From positions 13,807-77,806 of the forward strand of contig CAZGCA010000010.1 in NCBI GenBank assembly GCA_964524145.1: DNA of 64,000 nt, read 5' to 3'. Both the position numbers and the translations under genes were made by a program. Below are positions 54,846 through 64,000 of the stretch, piece after piece (the first letter of the stretch is position 1; the number at the start of each line of letters is the position of its first letter). The notes beneath the pieces are model-generated. The model searched no databases. It saw only the letters and a program-made list of their open reading frames with translations, and was not told the DNA's origin. This stretch comes from an uncultured bacterium (GTDB taxonomy: Bacteria > Hydrogenedentota > CAZGCA01).

Positions 54846-55120
54846 AGGCAAGGCCAACTTCGTGAAGCAACGGCTCGAAGGGATGAAGGAGATCTTCGCA
54901 TCACCCGTCGGGGCAGCCGGCCGCGTGTATTTCGTCGGCCGGGACGGTACGACTGCGGTCATCAAACGGTCGGAGACGTTCGAACTGCTGGCCACCAACA
55001 CCCTCGACGATGAAATCGACGCCTCCCCCGCCATCGTGGGCGATGAACTGTTTCTGAAAGGCAAGACCTACCTCTATTGCATCGCCGACGTCTAAAGGAG
55101 CAATGCCGTTTACTTTTCGA
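54846..55120. repeat. Direct repeat copy 2: the displaced duplicate of the PQQ-propeller gene 3' end
   Basis: See 53064..53335. Confidence 0.85.
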
Positions 55121-55938
55121 CCATAGGTGGTCCCTTTACCGTGATTCTCCCAGGTGCCTGTCTCCTGTTTTTCTCATCGCACCTTCAGATCAAGGGAAAT
55201 AGGTGTGGTGTCCCTGCGAAGGGAGATGCCTACCAGGTCAAAAAGTGTTCACCTGCCAGCGATTATTGGAGTGACAAGCAGAACAGGGTCAGGGAGTGGG
55301 AGAGCCATGTGCCCGAGTTGTGCCTGAGACGCGACAACTCGGATGGTCTTTCGCATGTGAAGGACAGCGCAGCACAGAACCCTCCGCAACCCTCTAGACG
55401 TTTCCTACCTCTCCGGCAGGCGCAGCCCTAAGGCTGACGCTTCGAACGGCACGGCGAAGCCGAACGCTACCACTTTGTTTAGAATATGGATTCTCACAAA
55501 TATAAATCAATCCCACGATATGAAAGAAGTTTTGTGCACCCTCTCAGCTCCCTTAGGTTTCCCCCTTCCCGGACTCTACCCCCTTCCCGTGAGGCCTGAA
55601 ACAGCGCGCCCAATCTTGATGGGGTCAAGCTTGTGAATCGTGCGCTGATCCTGCAGGCTCGTTCCTTGTCCCAGGCGAAACTCGCCCGCTCCCTTTAGTG
55701 ACCTAGACAATTTGAGATTGGCCCATCTCCGAGCATGCGGTCGTCGTGCGGTCGTCGTGCGTGAGTTTGTCCACGGCGCTTTTGCATGCTCCCCTCTCGT
55801 TGCCGGCCTGCCGTGAAAACCGTTAGACGGCCACGGGCCTCGGCAGCTTCCGCTTGCGCGCACCTGACCACACTGCCCAGCGTGGCCCGTACCCCTGAAT
55901 CTTGTATCAGGATAAGAAGACGGAGAGCACCGGTTAAT

Positions 55939-56223
55939 AGAGGTCAACTGCTGCAGCCGCTACGGACTCAAGGCCGTCAAAAGTCCAGGGTGACGCCGGG
56001 AATTCGCTTGACGTAACTGGTAAGGGAGGCGTATCATTTGGTCAGAGGGATGCAAAGAGGACAATGGTCTATGCTCGTACGCGCAGTCGAGGTGTGCGCA
56101 GCCCTTTAGACGGGTTATGAGGGGATGAGTTACGCGTGTTGCACGGCAAAATCGCCAAATAGAGGTGTTACACGGAAACCATGTAACACGTAGTTAGCTC
56201 AAGATGGAAAGGAGGTAAGGCGA
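55939..56223. repeat. Duplicated roughly 300-bp upstream regulatory region, copy 1, with an operator-like palindrome
   Basis: ctgcagccgctacggactcaaggccgtcaaaagtccagggtgacgccgggaattcgcttgacgtaactggtaagggaggcgta...ggtgttacacggaaaccatgtaacacgtagttag is homologous to 57684..58022. The palindrome gtgttaca-N9-tgtaacac sits at 56165-56190. Confidence 0.75.
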
Positions 56224-56553
56224 ATGACGAAGCAAGCGAAGATACTGATTGGAGTTGGGCTCTTGGTGCTGACGCTAGTTCTTGGTTTCTTCGCGTACCG
56301 CGCACAAGCGAAGTACAATCAGGCTATCGGGCGCACCGTAAGCGTAGCATCAGGTCAGACGGGGCCGATCACTGACAACACGCTGGTCCAGGTCCAGCTT
56401 TTTGGTCCACAGCGGAGGGAAGAAGACGCAGCAAAGAACAACCGCAATATGCTGGTAGTTGTCACTGTGCTTGCAGGAGTAGGAGCTGTTCTGTTCATCA
56501 TCCTAGGCATCGCCAGTAAGGGCGCAGTTCCACAGCCGGGAAAGGAGGGCTAA
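56224..56553 (+). CDS. Small membrane protein (two transmembrane segments), unknown function
   Basis: MTKQAKILIGVGLLVLTLVLGFFAY...LVVVTVLAGVGAVLFIILGIA. GGAAAGGAGG precedes the ATG. Confidence 0.4.
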   Translation: MTKQAKILIGVGLLVLTLVLGFFAYRAQAKYNQAIGRTVSVASGQTGPITDNTLVQVQLFGPQRREEDAAKNNRNMLVVVTVLAGVGAVLFIILGIASKGAVPQPGKEG

Positions 56554-56641
56554 CTCCCCGTAGAGCACGGCTGTCAAGGCCGCATGCCAAGCGCAGCCCT
56601 TGGCAGCGGCTTAGCCGGCTCGTTAGGGTAGGAAGCTTACA

Positions 56642-57613
56642 ATGCCAGTCTGCAAACGCTGCAACGAAAAAGTGGGCCTTCTTGCGTCCCTCAAAGCGCA
56701 CTGTGGATTATGTGAGGCGCGCCGTCAGAAAGCGAGCGAACTAGCGAACACCTATGAAGAGCGAGGGGCAACAGCATGCATCGATGAATTGGTGGATGTC
56801 GCCCGCAATTTAATTAGAGTCGCGCCCTGGCACTCGGCTTCCGGTGATGATATGGAACCAGTTGTTAACAGTCTTATCTGCGTCGGGCGTTTGGACGAAG
56901 CGCGTGAGCTTGTCCGGCGAGAGATGAAGATTGAGAGGTGCGAACGTGCGTTCCTAGCCTATGATGCCGTCGAGCGTCCGGAGGTCCTCACAGAAAAGCT
57001 CCTGCATGATTTTCCTCCAGACGAGGACTTTGACCCGTTCCGTTTGTTCCGTTTGGCCAGGGCTTTCGTAGTACTCGCATACTTCGAAATAGCATCCGAC
57101 AACGTGCTCGATCGTAAGGGACTCGTGCGTTGGTCTCAGGAGAGAGCTGCCGAGCTTGGGTATGCGCCGTACGCTGAAGACATTAGCAACCGGGTGAAGA
57201 ATCTATGGACGCAGTACCCCGCGTTATTGTGCGACGCTTGTCAACGGTTCGGCCATCTCCATAATGCAGAGGAGATGTTGGCCCGGGCATTGGAAGACGC
57301 CGGCCCTTTGCCAGATCACCAAGCGAACTGCTGCCGCTGCCTGACTCTCATTGGCATGGGGCGACTAAGCGAAGCACAGGATATTCTCGCAAGACACGAA
57401 CTTTCGTATCACACAGCGCGCGTAACTGCACTTCTGGCCAACGCATATCTGCAAAAGCAAGACACAGTCGGCGCTTTTTGGACCGCGCTGGGGATAGGTA
57501 ATGAGTTCTTCTCGAGCGGTATCTTGCGCTTTGCGCCGCACTTGGTGCGTGAGGCCAGCAAGGTGGCTTCGTTCTTTGCTTTGAACACGCTACTGCGTGA
57601 TTGGTGGGTATGA
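56642..57613 (+). CDS. Hypothetical protein with an N-terminal zinc-ribbon-like CxxC...CxxC
   Basis: MPVCKRCNEKVGLLASLKAHCGLCE. The rest is helical and uncharacterised. Confidence 0.4.
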   Translation: MPVCKRCNEKVGLLASLKAHCGLCEARRQKASELANTYEERGATACIDELVDVARNLIRVAPWHSASGDDMEPVVNSLICVGRLDEARELVRREMKIERCERAFLAYDAVERPEVLTEKLLHDFPPDEDFDPFRLFRLARAFVVLAYFEIASDNVLDRKGLVRWSQERAAELGYAPYAEDISNRVKNLWTQYPALLCDACQRFGHLHNAEEMLARALEDAGPLPDHQANCCRCLTLIGMGRLSEAQDILARHELSYHTARVTALLANAYLQKQDTVGAFWTALGIGNEFFSSGILRFAPHLVREASKVASFFALNTLLRDWWV

Positions 57614-57683
57614 AAACCAATCGGGGTACGCCCTGACAAGCGCATGCACGCACCTGTCCACGCTGCCAAGCATGGAAGCGAAC

Positions 57684-58022
57684 TGCTGTAGCCGCTGCGA
57701 ACGCAAGGCCGTCAAAAGTCCAGGGTGATGCCGGGAATCCGCTTGACGTAACTGGTACGAGAGGCGTACCATTCGGTCAGAGGGATGCAAGGAGCACAGT
57801 GGTGCATGCTCGTGCGCTCAATGGCGGTGGTCGAAGTGTGCGGAGCTCCGTTGACGCGTCATGAGGGGATCGGTTACGCGTGTTACGTAGAAACTATGTA
57901 AGACGCGTGGTAAATGGTGAGGGAGCTGTAATCCCCTCTCTTGAAATGGGTTTTGCAGGTCGCGTTTGTACGTGTTACCCGGAAACCATGTAACACGTAG
58001 TTAGGCCTAAAAATCCGTAAAG
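57684..58022. repeat. Duplicated upstream regulatory region, copy 2
   Basis: See 55939..56223. The palindrome cgtgttacccggaaaccatgtaacacg is at 57971-57997. A second partial palindrome ttacgcgtgttacgtagaaactatgtaagacgcgtggtaa lies upstream. Confidence 0.75.
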
Positions 58023-58484
58023 ATGGAGACCGGTGGCGACATGGAATTTTCAAAATTGCTCCGGGGTCTAAAACGCAAGATCTCCTGCCCTTTTTGCGGT
58101 GGCAAGAGGTCAGTCTACGTTGCCGGGAAGTGCCCGCGTTGTGGGTTCAACTTGCTGTGTCCGATTTGCGCTCGCCCCTTCGAGTTCGATTGGGGAATGA
58201 CACGCGTTGCCAACATGTTCGTTCGAGGGAAGACACTTCAGTGCCGTGACTGCGATCTCTACATCGGGATCGACTCGTACAGAGGTACGGCTGATGTCGA
58301 TTCCTTGTGCTTTTGCCCAAAATGTCGGGACTCACTCCTTCGGTGGCAGGATCTCCGCAAGTCGCGTGATCCGTTCTCACGGCAGCAGCCGTTTTCTGCG
58401 GTGCCAAAAACGGAACTGATTCACGGTACGCTCGTGTGCGAGAAATGTGATTTCACATGGTCCAAGGACATGCCGAAAGACTAA
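58023..58484 (+). CDS. Multi-zinc-ribbon small protein
   Basis: Repeated CPxCG/CxxC pairs: CPFCGGK...CPRCGF...CPICAR...CRDCD...CFCPKCRD...CEKCDF. Confidence 0.4.
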   Translation: METGGDMEFSKLLRGLKRKISCPFCGGKRSVYVAGKCPRCGFNLLCPICARPFEFDWGMTRVANMFVRGKTLQCRDCDLYIGIDSYRGTADVDSLCFCPKCRDSLLRWQDLRKSRDPFSRQQPFSAVPKTELIHGTLVCEKCDFTWSKDMPKD

Positions 58485-59427
58485 CGGAACAAGAGCAGGA
58501 ATCAGCGAACAAGCCAGTCGAGCTGACCGCCAGAATTGCCAATGCTCTGTAAACCAGGGGACGTATGTAAAAACGCAAAAAACTCATCGTACTCCCAAAA
58601 GTTTGTCTTTTAAACGACTACTGTTGCTGAATAGAGGGTGTGCCTAACAAATCGCTGAAGCTGACGGCGGTTCCCGCCGCAGCTTAGCTCAGTCGTTATG
58701 CCCGATCCGTAATAGCACAAGAAGCATCCTCCTTCTCCAATACCCTAAAAAACTGACTTGCCAAACCCCTTCCATGGCAGGTAGCTATCAACCCGATCGG
58801 CCAAACCCACGAAAGTGCCGTGAATGTCTCTGTGGGATTGAGAATGACAGAGGAATCTGGTGTGCGAAATTCAAGAAGATTCCGAATCCAAGGGAGATCA
58901 AGCGCTGTCGCCACTTTTGCCCCAAGGTGATACTTAATGATGTCCAAATCGATAGCTAGACGCCCACACACGTCTTCACACTGAAGTCGGACACGCGAGG
59001 CTGTCCGGCTTTGTCTTAACACCAAAAGGAGGTATTCCATGAGAGGAACTATTGACCAGATTTGGGAGAACGAGAGCCGTAACGGCCAGAAATACCTTGC
59101 GGTACAGATAGATGGAGAGCGATATAGCGCATGGGACACAGAGTACTTCGAACTAATTCAAGAGGCGCAATTAGGGGGACACCACAGTCATTGCACTGCG
59201 TTTTCGGTGTTCTGTCCCCCGAGTTCGAACCGCGTAGCTCCGGCCTGACTTCGCTTCATACAGTTTCCGCCGGCTTTCTTGGTCGGAGCCCCCACGTCCC
59301 CCTAACGACACGGCAGACTATATTCCTTTAGCGTACGCCTTGCCAAGAGGAACTGTTTGGTGTCCTTCGTTCTTGGAATAAACGTGGTTTCACCCTGCTT
59401 GGGCTCACCGGACCGGGAAACCGCGGT

Positions 59428-62400
59428 TCATTCATGCCTCAATGCAGGCAGGGTGTCTTTCTCCAACGCTGCAAGTATCGAAACGGCCATGCATGCACCG
59501 CTGCACAACAGAACCAGAAACAGCAGTGCGAGCTGAAACGGAATGGAGACGTCCGAGCCGGCGGACAGTATGGCGGGCGCCATGGACACCGCGGCGGCTA
59601 TCACGCCGACTCCGATGCCGGCCAGGAGCAGAAGACCGTGTTCGGTAAACAGCATTCGTAGAACCGTGCGGCGTTGGTAGCCGAGAGCGTGCAGCACGGC
59701 GATCTCGCGTCGCCGCTCGAGAACGTTGCGCAATACGACGATGCCCATGCCCGCGCCGCCGAGCGTCAGGCCCAGTCCGCCGAGCACCAGAAACATGGCG
59801 AGATACGTGCTTTGGACAACGTAGAATTCGCGCAGGCGTTCCACCGCAGGCACCACGTCCAGTCCGTGACGCTCGTACACCTGTTTGAGTGTGTTTGCAG
59901 CGTCTTCGGCTCCCTCGGTAGCCGTATCGATGAGGAATATCCGGAAACCGCTTTCGGAAGGGTACAACCGCGCGAACGCTTCATCGGAGACCAGTATCGT
60001 TCCCTGGAAGACCGACAGCCGCATCGGTAGCTGTCCCACCAGCTTCACGGTCACCTCGTTCCCGGACTCGTCGCGATAGAGAAGAGTATCTCCGTCGTCG
60101 ACGCCCGTCTTCTTGCGCAATCCCCACATGGCGGTGTCCGCGTCGCCGACGAGCGCAGGCACGAGATCGCCCTCAAGCTCGAGGTCGAGCAGGGTCCACA
60201 GGTCCTCATCTCGATCGTGATGCATGAAGGCGCGAAGTTCTGAGAACGTGTCCGGGTTAACCCCGAGCACACGCGGGGTCCGGGCGTAATTGAGGTTGAG
60301 GCAGCTTGCATCATCGCCGTCGCGGACGCGAACGGGTACAACCTTGACGTCTTCATCGCCGAGTGCCGCGGCCGGATCATCTTGCAAGGGGACGGTCGCC
60401 TCGGCGTAGAGTTCGAATCCCCCGGTTCCCGACCATCGCTCGCCCGAATGGGCGGCGAGATCCTCTCTCATGGAGGATACGGAGAACACCAGGAAACACC
60501 CGCATGCAAGCAGGCCGGCCACGCTCAGGCTGCGGCCGCGCCGGCGCGCGACGTTCTGTATCGAGACACTTGTCACCGTGGGCTGTTTCGCGGACCGTTT
60601 GGACGCCTGGGCGATCAGAACAAAACGCCAGAAACCCAGTCCCGAGAGCAAGAGAAGGGATCCTACGCCGAAGAAAGGCAGCACAATGTTGCCGGGTTTC
60701 GTGGCGATGACAGCAATGGCGACAATGATTGCCGACACAAATCCGCATACCGGCAAAGCGAGCGAACGCAGGTACGGGACGCGGCGTTGCCCGGCCACAC
60801 GTTCTTCGAGCGTGAAGTCGGCAGAGAGCAGTTCCCGAGCAGTGTGGCGGGTTTGACGCCATGAAGCAACCGCCATCGTGACGATCGCGCAACAGCATCC
60901 TGCCGCCCCGCCCATAAGCGCCGTGCCGGGTTCCGCGTGGTAGCTGATCGCGGCATTCGCTATCGCGCCCTGCCAGAACCGGCCGAGACCGAAGATGAGC
61001 GCGCGTGTGTAGGCGGTTCCGGCCAGAACGCCGACGGCGGAGGCCAAGACCGCGACCGCGCCCGCTTCGGCCAATACGATCAGGCGGATCTGGCCGGGTC
61101 GGAATCCCAGGGCAAGCAACGTACCGAACTCTGCGGCGCGTTGCTGCAGGGTGAAGACGAACAGCAGACCGGTCAGAATCAGCGCCGCAATGATGAGGAA
61201 GAAGCTCATCCCGAGAAAGAGTCCGCCAAAATCCATGGCTTGCGACACGGCCTCGAGGGCCTGCTCGCGGACCGGCTGAAACGCTATACCCATCTTCCCG
61301 GGATCAATCTCGCGGGTGAGCACGTGCCGGATATCAGCAACACGGTCAGCGGCCGCGTCAAACCGCACCGCGGTCAGGCGACCGAACCGGTTGCCCCACA
61401 TCGACTGGCCCGCGTCGAGGCCGACGAACAGTTTCGGTGTTTGTCCGAACTGTTGCCAGTACGACTCGTTGTCCGGGTCTCTGAGGAGCGCTTCCTCCAT
61501 AGGCATGCCGATTTCCCAATCGCGGCACCTGTTGACGTTGCTCAAGCCGGGTAACACGGGCATGAGGTCGCGTTCGACGCGCAGGCGATCCATCTCGACG
61601 ACGCCTCGCACGGTGAACGTCCGCGCGGCCTCAACGAACTTGTTGTTGGCAAGGAGTTGGTAGTACGTCACACGGAGCCGGTCTCCCTCGCGGGCATCCA
61701 AGTGTTCGGCCAGCCACCGGTTGATGACGGTTTCGTCGTCACCCAACTCCCCGTATGCGCCTCCGGCCAGCGCAAACGAATAGGGTGTGGTCTTATCGCT
61801 TTTGGAGACGGTGTTCACAAGGTAGGCCAACGCACCACGAGCCCCGGGTATCGCGAGCGCGGCCCGGGCAGCTTCATCGTCCAGGAACACGCGATCAGAT
61901 TCGAGTTGGACGACGCCGGAGGAGTGCTCGCGCAGCCGCAGGCCGAGATGCTCCAGTTCCCAGCTTTTTCGAACCGCTTCCCCGAGCGCTTCCGGGGTCA
62001 CGTCCCCACGCGACACGAGTGTGTTGACGCGTCCTTCCATAGAAACCTGTTCCTGGAGCCAGCGCAGGCTGACAAACGCATTGTAAGGCGCGATCTGGCC
62101 GGCGGTCAGAGCGTATCGCCCCAGCCCGGTATCCGGTACGATCTGTTTCACGGTGCAGAGCGCACGGACAACGGGTTCATTCTCGCGCGAAGAGAGCGGG
62201 GCATCCCGCACCATGAGGTCGGGCCGGATGATGCGCAACGACATCTCGTCGCCCGGAGCGAGGCCAAGCGCCGCGGCAAGTTTCTCGTTGACCGCCACCT
62301 CATAGTCGGCAAGCTCGAGCGCGATATCGGGGCTGAAGTCCCAGAACCGGGAGTTGACGCCGAGCACCTGCACCTGGTTGATCTGTGTTGTCGAGCCACC

Positions 62401-62706
62401 GGGGAGCCGGGCAATAGCCATGCCGCGCAGGTGCAACAAAGGGGTTACTGGCGCACGGACGCGGCTTTGAATCGCATCGGGCAATTCTTGTGCAACAAAA
62501 CGGTTCTGGAGATCAACGGCGTGCCCAATGTCGCCCAGACGTGCGAGCGCCGTCTGATGTAATGAGTACTCTACCGAGTCGCCGACCAGCAACGCGCCGG
62601 TAAGTATGGCCGAGGCCAGCACGACGCCGCACGATACGCCCGTGTAGATGCGCCAATAGTGGCGCAGACTGCTGCGTATCAACCGTCCTCTCGACACAGT
62701 CTTCAT
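59428..62706 (-). CDS. ABC transporter permease with duplicated FtsX (DUF214) domains (MacB/LolE-like, large periplasmic loops)
   Basis: Two blocks of four transmembrane segments, each preceded by a long extracytoplasmic domain. There is a 4-nt overlap with the upstream ATPase gene. Confidence 0.75.
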   Translation of the reverse strand: MKTVSRGRLIRSSLRHYWRIYTGVSCGVVLASAILTGALLVGDSVEYSLHQTALARLGDIGHAVDLQNRFVAQELPDAIQSRVRAPVTPLLHLRGMAIARLPGGSTTQINQVQVLGVNSRFWDFSPDIALELADYEVAVNEKLAAALGLAPGDEMSLRIIRPDLMVRDAPLSSRENEPVVRALCTVKQIVPDTGLGRYALTAGQIAPYNAFVSLRWLQEQVSMEGRVNTLVSRGDVTPEALGEAVRKSWELEHLGLRLREHSSGVVQLESDRVFLDDEAARAALAIPGARGALAYLVNTVSKSDKTTPYSFALAGGAYGELGDDETVINRWLAEHLDAREGDRLRVTYYQLLANNKFVEAARTFTVRGVVEMDRLRVERDLMPVLPGLSNVNRCRDWEIGMPMEEALLRDPDNESYWQQFGQTPKLFVGLDAGQSMWGNRFGRLTAVRFDAAADRVADIRHVLTREIDPGKMGIAFQPVREQALEAVSQAMDFGGLFLGMSFFLIIAALILTGLLFVFTLQQRAAEFGTLLALGFRPGQIRLIVLAEAGAVAVLASAVGVLAGTAYTRALIFGLGRFWQGAIANAAISYHAEPGTALMGGAAGCCCAIVTMAVASWRQTRHTARELLSADFTLEERVAGQRRVPYLRSLALPVCGFVSAIIVAIAVIATKPGNIVLPFFGVGSLLLLSGLGFWRFVLIAQASKRSAKQPTVTSVSIQNVARRRGRSLSVAGLLACGCFLVFSVSSMREDLAAHSGERWSGTGGFELYAEATVPLQDDPAAALGDEDVKVVPVRVRDGDDASCLNLNYARTPRVLGVNPDTFSELRAFMHHDRDEDLWTLLDLELEGDLVPALVGDADTAMWGLRKKTGVDDGDTLLYRDESGNEVTVKLVGQLPMRLSVFQGTILVSDEAFARLYPSESGFRIFLIDTATEGAEDAANTLKQVYERHGLDVVPAVERLREFYVVQSTYLAMFLVLGGLGLTLGGAGMGIVVLRNVLERRREIAVLHALGYQRRTVLRMLFTEHGLLLLAGIGVGVIAAAVSMAPAILSAGSDVSIPFQLALLFLVLLCSGACMAVSILAALEKDTLPALRHE

Positions 62707-63425
62707 CGGCTCGGCAACAAGAGACCGTCGTGGAGTTCCAACACGCGGTTCATCCGCTGCGCAACATGGAGAGAATGCGTCACGACGAGGAGCGCCATGC
62801 CCTCTTCGCGGTTCAGTTCCAGGAGGAGCGCGGTCAGGTTGTCGGCGCCTTCCTCGTTGAGCGACCCCGTCGGTTCATCGGCCAACAGCAAGCTCGGTTC
62901 GTTTATGAGGGCGCGAACCACGGCAACGCGCTGCCGTTCGCCGCCCGAAAGCTGGCCCGGACGGTAGTCCGCCCGGTCGGCAAGACCCACCCGTTCGAGA
63001 AGGCTCCGGGCGCGTTCTCCCGCCTCCCGCGTCGCCGGGTTGACCAGTGTTGGGACCAGCACGTTTTCGAAGACGGTACACTGCGGCAGCAGGTGGTGAA
63101 GCTGGAACACAAACCCAATCTCACGGTTGCGAAACTGTGCGGCATCGGTGGGCGTAAGCTCGAGCACGTCGCGCCCTTTAAATGTCACCGAACCCGACGT
63201 CGGTCGGTCCAGTGCACCGATGATGTTGAGCAGCGTGCTTTTCCCGCAACCGGACGGTCCGACAACCGCGACGGCCTCTCCCGGGTCGAGCCGCAGATCG
63301 ACACCTTTGAGAACCTTGGCGGGCATTGGGAACGCGTCGTATTGCTTGCTGACCCGGCTCAGTTCGAGTAATGGGCTTGTCTCTTCCACAGTAGCTGTTT
63401 CCCCGCTATTCCGCTGGCTCGCCAA
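62703..63425 (-). CDS. ABC transporter ATP-binding protein (LolD/MacB-type)
   Basis: Walker A GPSGCGKST, signature LSGGERQRVAVVRAL, and Walker B LLLADEPTGSLN. Confidence 0.85.
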   Translation of the reverse strand: MASQRNSGETATVEETSPLLELSRVSKQYDAFPMPAKVLKGVDLRLDPGEAVAVVGPSGCGKSTLLNIIGALDRPTSGSVTFKGRDVLELTPTDAAQFRNREIGFVFQLHHLLPQCTVFENVLVPTLVNPATREAGERARSLLERVGLADRADYRPGQLSGGERQRVAVVRALINEPSLLLADEPTGSLNEEGADNLTALLLELNREEGMALLVVTHSLHVAQRMNRVLELHDGLLLPSR

Positions 63426-64000
63426 ACGCCGTTACGGTTCCATCCTCACTCGCCACGATGATCTTTCGGCCGACCACGGCAGGCCCCGTGATCGTGTCGC
63501 TCACCTCGTACGACCACACCGGGACGCCGTCATCGAGCCGCACCATATGGAGAACTCCGTCCGCGGCGATAACCACCTTGTCCCCTGCAATCACGGGCGA
63601 CGAAGGCGTGCCCTCTGTATCGAACGTCCAACGCCGGACGCCTGTCTCGCGGTCGAGCGCGTAGACGTATCCGTCGTTCGAAGCAAACACGACATGGTCG
63701 CGGCTGACCGCGGGAGTCGTGAACACCTCGCCCTCACAATCGTCGTTTACCCATAGCGTATCCCCTGTCCGGAGGTTCGCGTGCAGCACGCGACCGCTTC
63801 GAGACCCCGTGACAACCGTATCGCCGTCAACGGCAACCCCTCCGGCAACTTCAGAGTCAGTGCCGACTTCGACGTCGCGTTCCAATCGACCGTCGGCGGT
63901 CGAGAAGACGTGAAGAGCGGCGACACAACTGCCGAACACCACGAACCCGTCACCCACCGCGGGCGAACCGTCGCAGCGGCTGACGCCTTCCGTCTTCCAG
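63406..64000 (-). CDS. PQQ-like beta-propeller repeat protein (BamB-like); the 5' end is outside the window
   Basis: Propeller blades (GRVLHANLRTGDTLW, GYVYALDRETGVRRW, VLHMVRLDDGVPVW). The frame is open to the window edge. It overlaps the ATPase gene start by 20 nt. Confidence 0.55.
   Translation of the reverse strand, partial: WKTEGVSRCDGSPAVGDGFVVFGSCVAALHVFSTADGRLERDVEVGTDSEVAGGVAVDGDTVVTGSRSGRVLHANLRTGDTLWVNDDCEGEVFTTPAVSRDHVVFASNDGYVYALDRETGVRRWTFDTEGTPSSPVIAGDKVVIAADGVLHMVRLDDGVPVWSYEVSDTITGPAVVGRKIIVASEDGTVTAFGEPAE

Overview
This window is a high-GC bacterial chromosome segment, almost certainly from Planctomycetota. The strongest lineage marker is a DUF1559 gene (29030..29941) with a prepilin-like N-terminus and the H-X9-DG C-terminal motif. 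TAT-signal Gfo/Idh/MocA oxidoreductase and sulfatase genes, GH2, DUF1080, DUF2961 and DUF2851 genes fit the same lineage. The core is rich in carbohydrate-active and sulfatase genes, and it is interrupted by several lower-GC accessory patches. (1) The most interesting object is a compact four-gene minus-strand operon at 20478..24973: an OMP-decarboxylase-fold protein, then a GHKL ATPase with a STAS-like N-terminus, then a 588-aa protein with a C-terminal PRTase-like domain, then a TIR-domain protein. It sits in a roughly 45-50 % GC island bracketed by truncated 3' ends of one IS transposase family. I do not recognise this gene combination as a described defence or signalling system. (2) Four tandem, translationally coupled paralogs at 3753..9818 encode membrane-anchored proteins with GspG pseudopilin-like C-termini. 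One of them carries a perfect in-frame 141-bp tandem repeat. (3) Three separate small cargo modules are each flanked by long (160-270 bp) imperfect direct repeats. Two of the repeat pairs duplicate the 3' end of the interrupted host gene. The modules are a DUF433/DUF5615 toxin-antitoxin pair inserted at the 3' end of comM, a hicB-hicA pair, and a DUF4062-like gene inserted into a PQQ-propeller gene tail. (4) There are at least six degenerate copies of the 3' end of one DDE (rve-type) transposase gene, plus a remnant of a large serine recombinase. (5) A lower-GC stretch at 55.1-59.4 kb holds small Zn-ribbon and membrane proteins preceded by a duplicated roughly 300-bp upstream region with a palindromic operator-like motif. 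No rRNA, tRNA or CRISPR array is supported. All family assignments come from motif and pattern recognition by eye; no database search was run.
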